From Candidatus Cloacimonadales bacterium (GTDB lineage Bacteria; Cloacimonadota; Cloacimonadia; Cloacimonadales; JAFGVF01), in NCBI GenBank assembly GCA_963677495.2, contig CAXXOU010000004.1, positions 1,152,001-1,216,000 of the forward strand: a stretch of 64,000 bases of DNA. The letters are read 5' to 3'. The first letter of the stretch is position 1. Every line of letters begins with the position of its first letter. Positions 60,856 through 64,000 of this stretch are shown here, piece by piece. The position numbers and the translations under genes were made by a program. The notes beneath the pieces are model-generated. The model was not told the origin of the DNA, ran no database searches, and was given only the letters and a program-made list of their open reading frames with translations.

Positions 60856-61851
60856 TTATTTAACTGTAACCTTCTTAATGATTGCCTGTTTTGATTCAAG
60901 CGGATTATCTCTAGCATCTCTTGGAAGGTTTTCGATTTCGTGAACTATATCCATACCACTAATAACTTTGCCAAACACTGTATGTTTTCCATTAAGCCAT
61001 TCAGCACCAGGTTTCTTAGTTACAATAAAGAACTGTGAGCCGTTTGTGTTTGGACCGGAATTAGCCATACAAAGTGTGCCATACTCAACTTTATTGATGA
61101 GTTTACCTTGTGATTGAACTTCACCTTTGAATTTAGTTTTAGCTGTATAGTATTCAACAGGATGGTCCATTAACGGTTTACCGGATCTGCTTTCCTGACA
61201 CATTCTAGCTAGCTCTAAAATATCCTTATCAGGATCCTGGTTAGCACGGAGATAAGGGAGAATCACAACTGAGAAAATAGAGAACGCATCATCTTCGTTC
61301 TTAATCTCACCGGTTAATACTTCACCTTTTTCATAGCATTCATCTTCAAACTTGTATCCGGGATCGCCTGAACCATCACTAGCACGGTTGCCATCTTTAG
61401 TATTAGGACAACCACCTTGAATCATGAAATCAGGGATAACTCTATGGAAATAGATACCTTCATAAAAACCTTCTTTAGCCAGTTTTTCAAAATTAGATAC
61501 TGTCTTAGGAGTTTTATCAGGCCATAGTTCAAGCTTAATTTCACCAATGGTAGTTTCAATTATCGCTTCTTTAGTATTCATCTCTCTCTTTGTTTCCTTC
61601 TTAATAGGTTTTACTTCTTTTTTAGCAGGAAGTGGTTTCTTATCAACCTTTGTAATCGTTGCCTTTTTAGGAACCGGTTTCTTCTCCACTTCTAATTTGT
61701 TAACATCTGTTTTTGTGACTTCTGTTTGTGCAATCTTTTCTGATGCAATATTAGCACTTAAATCACTTTTTGCTACCCGGGCCTTATATAAAAAGAAAAG
61801 CCCACCTAATAATACTAATCCAACGAGAATTGCTATTACAGCTTTATTCAT
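60856..61851 (-). CDS. Membrane-anchored cyclophilin-type peptidyl-prolyl isomerase
   Basis: N-terminal TM and Lys-rich linker; [47 protein letters not shown]. Confidence 0.93.
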   Translation of the reverse strand: MNKAVIAILVGLVLLGGLFFLYKARVAKSDLSANIASEKIAQTEVTKTDVNKLEVEKKPVPKKATITKVDKKPLPAKKEVKPIKKETKREMNTKEAIIETTIGEIKLELWPDKTPKTVSNFEKLAKEGFYEGIYFHRVIPDFMIQGGCPNTKDGNRASDGSGDPGYKFEDECYEKGEVLTGEIKNEDDAFSIFSVVILPYLRANQDPDKDILELARMCQESRSGKPLMDHPVEYYTAKTKFKGEVQSQGKLINKVEYGTLCMANSGPNTNGSQFFIVTKKPGAEWLNGKHTVFGKVISGMDIVHEIENLPRDARDNPLESKQAIIKKVTVK

Positions 61852-61864
61852 TAGATACTCCTCA

Positions 61865-62590
61865 TTATTGTTTATATGTTTTTAGTTCTGCAATTCCATC
61901 ACATATTTCAGCGTATGTGTTATTTACTATCCAATCTCCTGTATTTATATATACGGACTTACCATACTCTATTTTTTGTGGATCATGAACATGTCCCATA
62001 AGAAAAATGTCATACTTAAAAGCTTTCTTTTGCACGTAATCTGTTAAACCTTTACTTTGCCCTTTTGTGAGTTTGCGAGACTTTGTTCTTTTCCTTGAAG
62101 ATCTAGACATTCCTGAGCCAAGTTTAAGCAAAAACTCCGGGTGAAAGAACTTCGCCATAATTCTAACTATATCTAATCTTATAACAGCTCTGAATATATG
62201 GTATCTTAAGTCATTAATTGTCAACTGGTCACCATGAGCAACAAAGTACTTCAATCCATCAATAGTATCAGTAAATGTGTCTGGATAAATTTCAGCATTT
62301 ATCTCTTTCTTAAGAAACGAGCCTAACCAGAAATCATGATTTCCACAGAGATAAATTATTCTACACCCGTTATCAGCAATTTCTTTTAAAATGGAAACCA
62401 CAGTAGAGTATGATGTAATTGAGACAAGTTCCCACTCAATCCATAGATCAAAGATGTCTCCATTTAGAATCAAGACATCAACATCATTACTTATAGATTT
62501 CAAGAAGCTGATGAAGCGTTGTTTCCTTAGTAGATCATCTTCAGATTCAATGTATTTAATGTGAACATCTGATACTGATATTACTTTCAT
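61865..62590 (-). CDS. lpxH: UDP-2,3-diacylglucosamine diphosphatase (LpxH-like metallophosphoesterase)
   Basis: SDVH, GDIFDLW.E, GNHDFW, AHGD, SRSSR, GHVH, NTGDW. Confidence 0.8.
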   Translation of the reverse strand: MKVISVSDVHIKYIESEDDLLRKQRFISFLKSISNDVDVLILNGDIFDLWIEWELVSITSYSTVVSILKEIADNGCRIIYLCGNHDFWLGSFLKKEINAEIYPDTFTDTIDGLKYFVAHGDQLTINDLRYHIFRAVIRLDIVRIMAKFFHPEFLLKLGSGMSRSSRKRTKSRKLTKGQSKGLTDYVQKKAFKYDIFLMGHVHDPQKIEYGKSVYINTGDWIVNNTYAEICDGIAELKTYKQ

Positions 62591-62591
62591 A

Positions 62592-63263
62592 TTATTTTAC
62601 CATCACATAATAGAGCAGATTCACACCAAACTTCATTGCTTCCTGTCTCACATCTTGTGGGTCATTATGGGTATCAGCATCTGCCCAACCATCAGAGATA
62701 TTACTTTCATAAGTATAAAAAAGCATCATTCTTCCATTCTTATCAAAGATTCCGAAGGCACGAGGACGTTTATCATCATGTTTGTGGGTCTTTGGTAAAC
62801 CTTTGGGAAATTTAAAGTAGCAATTATAGATTTCATGGTTCGCAGGTAATTCTATTAATTCAAAGTTAGGTAATATTGAGCTAATTTCCTTCCTAAATGA
62901 CTCATCTAGTCCATAATCATCATCTACATAGATAAAGCCACCTCTAAGAAGATAATCTCTCAAATTTGACTTCTCTTTGGAAGTAAACTTAATCTTTCCA
63001 TGTCCGGTAACATAAATAAATGGATATTTATACAGATCTACACTACCTGCTTCAACAATTGCCTGCTTCTTAGGAAAACCACAACTGAGTTCCTTATTAA
63101 GCTTTTTCATTAGATTTGGTAAAACTTCAGGATTATTATACCAATCTCCTCCACCTTTGTACTTAAGCCTAGCCAGAGGAGTTATCTCCTTTTCAACTGC
63201 CACAAGAACATTGAAGCAAAAAGATAAGAGGATAGTAGTTAAGATAGTAATTTTTAACTTCAT
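62592..63263 (-). CDS. DUF4159 domain protein
   Basis: ARLKYKGGGDWY, YPFIYVTGHG, LRDYLLRGGF..DDDYGLD, DGWAD..H.DP. Confidence 0.85.
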   Translation of the reverse strand: MKLKITILTTILLSFCFNVLVAVEKEITPLARLKYKGGGDWYNNPEVLPNLMKKLNKELSCGFPKKQAIVEAGSVDLYKYPFIYVTGHGKIKFTSKEKSNLRDYLLRGGFIYVDDDYGLDESFRKEISSILPNFELIELPANHEIYNCYFKFPKGLPKTHKHDDKRPRAFGIFDKNGRMMLFYTYESNISDGWADADTHNDPQDVRQEAMKFGVNLLYYVMVK

Positions 63264-63306
63264 AGAGTAAGGTTAGGAGGATGGCTTTACCATCCTCCCA
63301 ATAGAT

Positions 63307-64000
63307 TTATTTTAAAAGACCATCTCTTCTTAGAAGAGCATCTGCATCAGGTTTTCTTCCTCTGAAAGCTTTGAAAAGATTCATTGGATGTTCTGTATTA
63401 CCTTTTGCAAGAACGTTTCTTCTGAAAGACTCAGCAGTTTCTTTATCGAAGATACCTTTTTCTTTAAATAGAGAGAAAGCATCTGCATCAAGTACTTCAG
63501 CCCATTTGTAAGAGTAGTAACCGGATGAGTAACCTCCAGCAAATATATGGCTAAAACTTGCCGATCTGCTTGAGTTTATTACTTTTGGGAACAATCTGGT
63601 TTTGTCCATAACTTTGTCTTCGAAAGCTATAACATCTTTAACATCACTTGGATCGTTTGCATGCCATGACATATCTAAGAAACCAAAGCTAAGCTGTCTG
63701 ATATTAGCATAACCTGAAAGATAAGTCTGCGAAGCTTTAATCTTATTGATTAGTACTTCAGGGATGACTTCGCCTGTCTCATAATGGAAAGCAAAGAGTT
63801 CGAGAGTTTCCTTCTCTGAGACCCAGTTTTCCATAACCTGTGATGGAAGCTCAACAAAGTCCCAATATACGCTTGGAGAAGCAACTGAAGTATAAGTTAC
63901 ATCAGAAAGAAGTCCGTGTAAAGCATGACCAAATTCATGGAACATTGTTTCAACTTCTCTAAATGTAAGAAGTGATGGAGAATCCTCTGTGGAAGGAGTG
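63307..64000 (-). CDS. M3 family metallopeptidase (peptidyl-dipeptidase Dcp/oligopeptidase A), C-terminal part
   Basis: PSLLTFREVETMFHEFGHALH, WDFVELPSQVMENW, FSHIFAGGYSSGYYSYKWAEVLDADAF; begins beyond the window end. Confidence 0.93.
   Translation of the reverse strand, partial: TPSTEDSPSLLTFREVETMFHEFGHALHGLLSDVTYTSVASPSVYWDFVELPSQVMENWVSEKETLELFAFHYETGEVIPEVLINKIKASQTYLSGYANIRQLSFGFLDMSWHANDPSDVKDVIAFEDKVMDKTRLFPKVINSSRSASFSHIFAGGYSSGYYSYKWAEVLDADAFSLFKEKGIFDKETAESFRRNVLAKGNTEHPMNLFKAFRGRKPDADALLRRDGLLK

Overview
Chromosomal segment of an anaerobic, LPS-producing bacterium. The FlgD-type 'YNIKGQ' C-terminal domains and gene content suggest Candidatus Cloacimonadota (inference). Most genes are on the minus strand. 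Core content: partial alpha-2-macroglobulin; a NuoE/NuoF/GltD-fusion trio with Stn-type electron-bifurcating transhydrogenase architecture next to gdhA; a kdsA-kdsC-lptC-lptA-lptB-rpoN-lpdA-lipA-hpf-hprK-ptsH-ptsI-pgi superoperon; glyA-rpiB-ptb; secreted FlgD-domain proteins; NatAB-like ABC exporter; MATE; an EIIA/antiporter/PII-like trio; fhs; rsmA; lpxH; M3 peptidase. Accessory elements: a complete IS21 (14047-16406, 7-bp TSD), an AT-rich pentapeptide-repeat gene and an amber-interrupted S41 peptidase. The most striking unexplained signal is non-coding. The long intergenic regions are built from a shared, shuffled set of palindromic modules: a thrice-repeated element with an 11-bp-phased CACTG/CAGTG ladder and paired 27-bp direct repeats enclosing exchangeable modules, a 168-bp triple tandem with 34-bp inverted ends, and further unrelated 11-bp ladders. 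I found no CRISPR array, rRNA, tRNA or reverse transcriptase. All calls are by eye, with no database searches.
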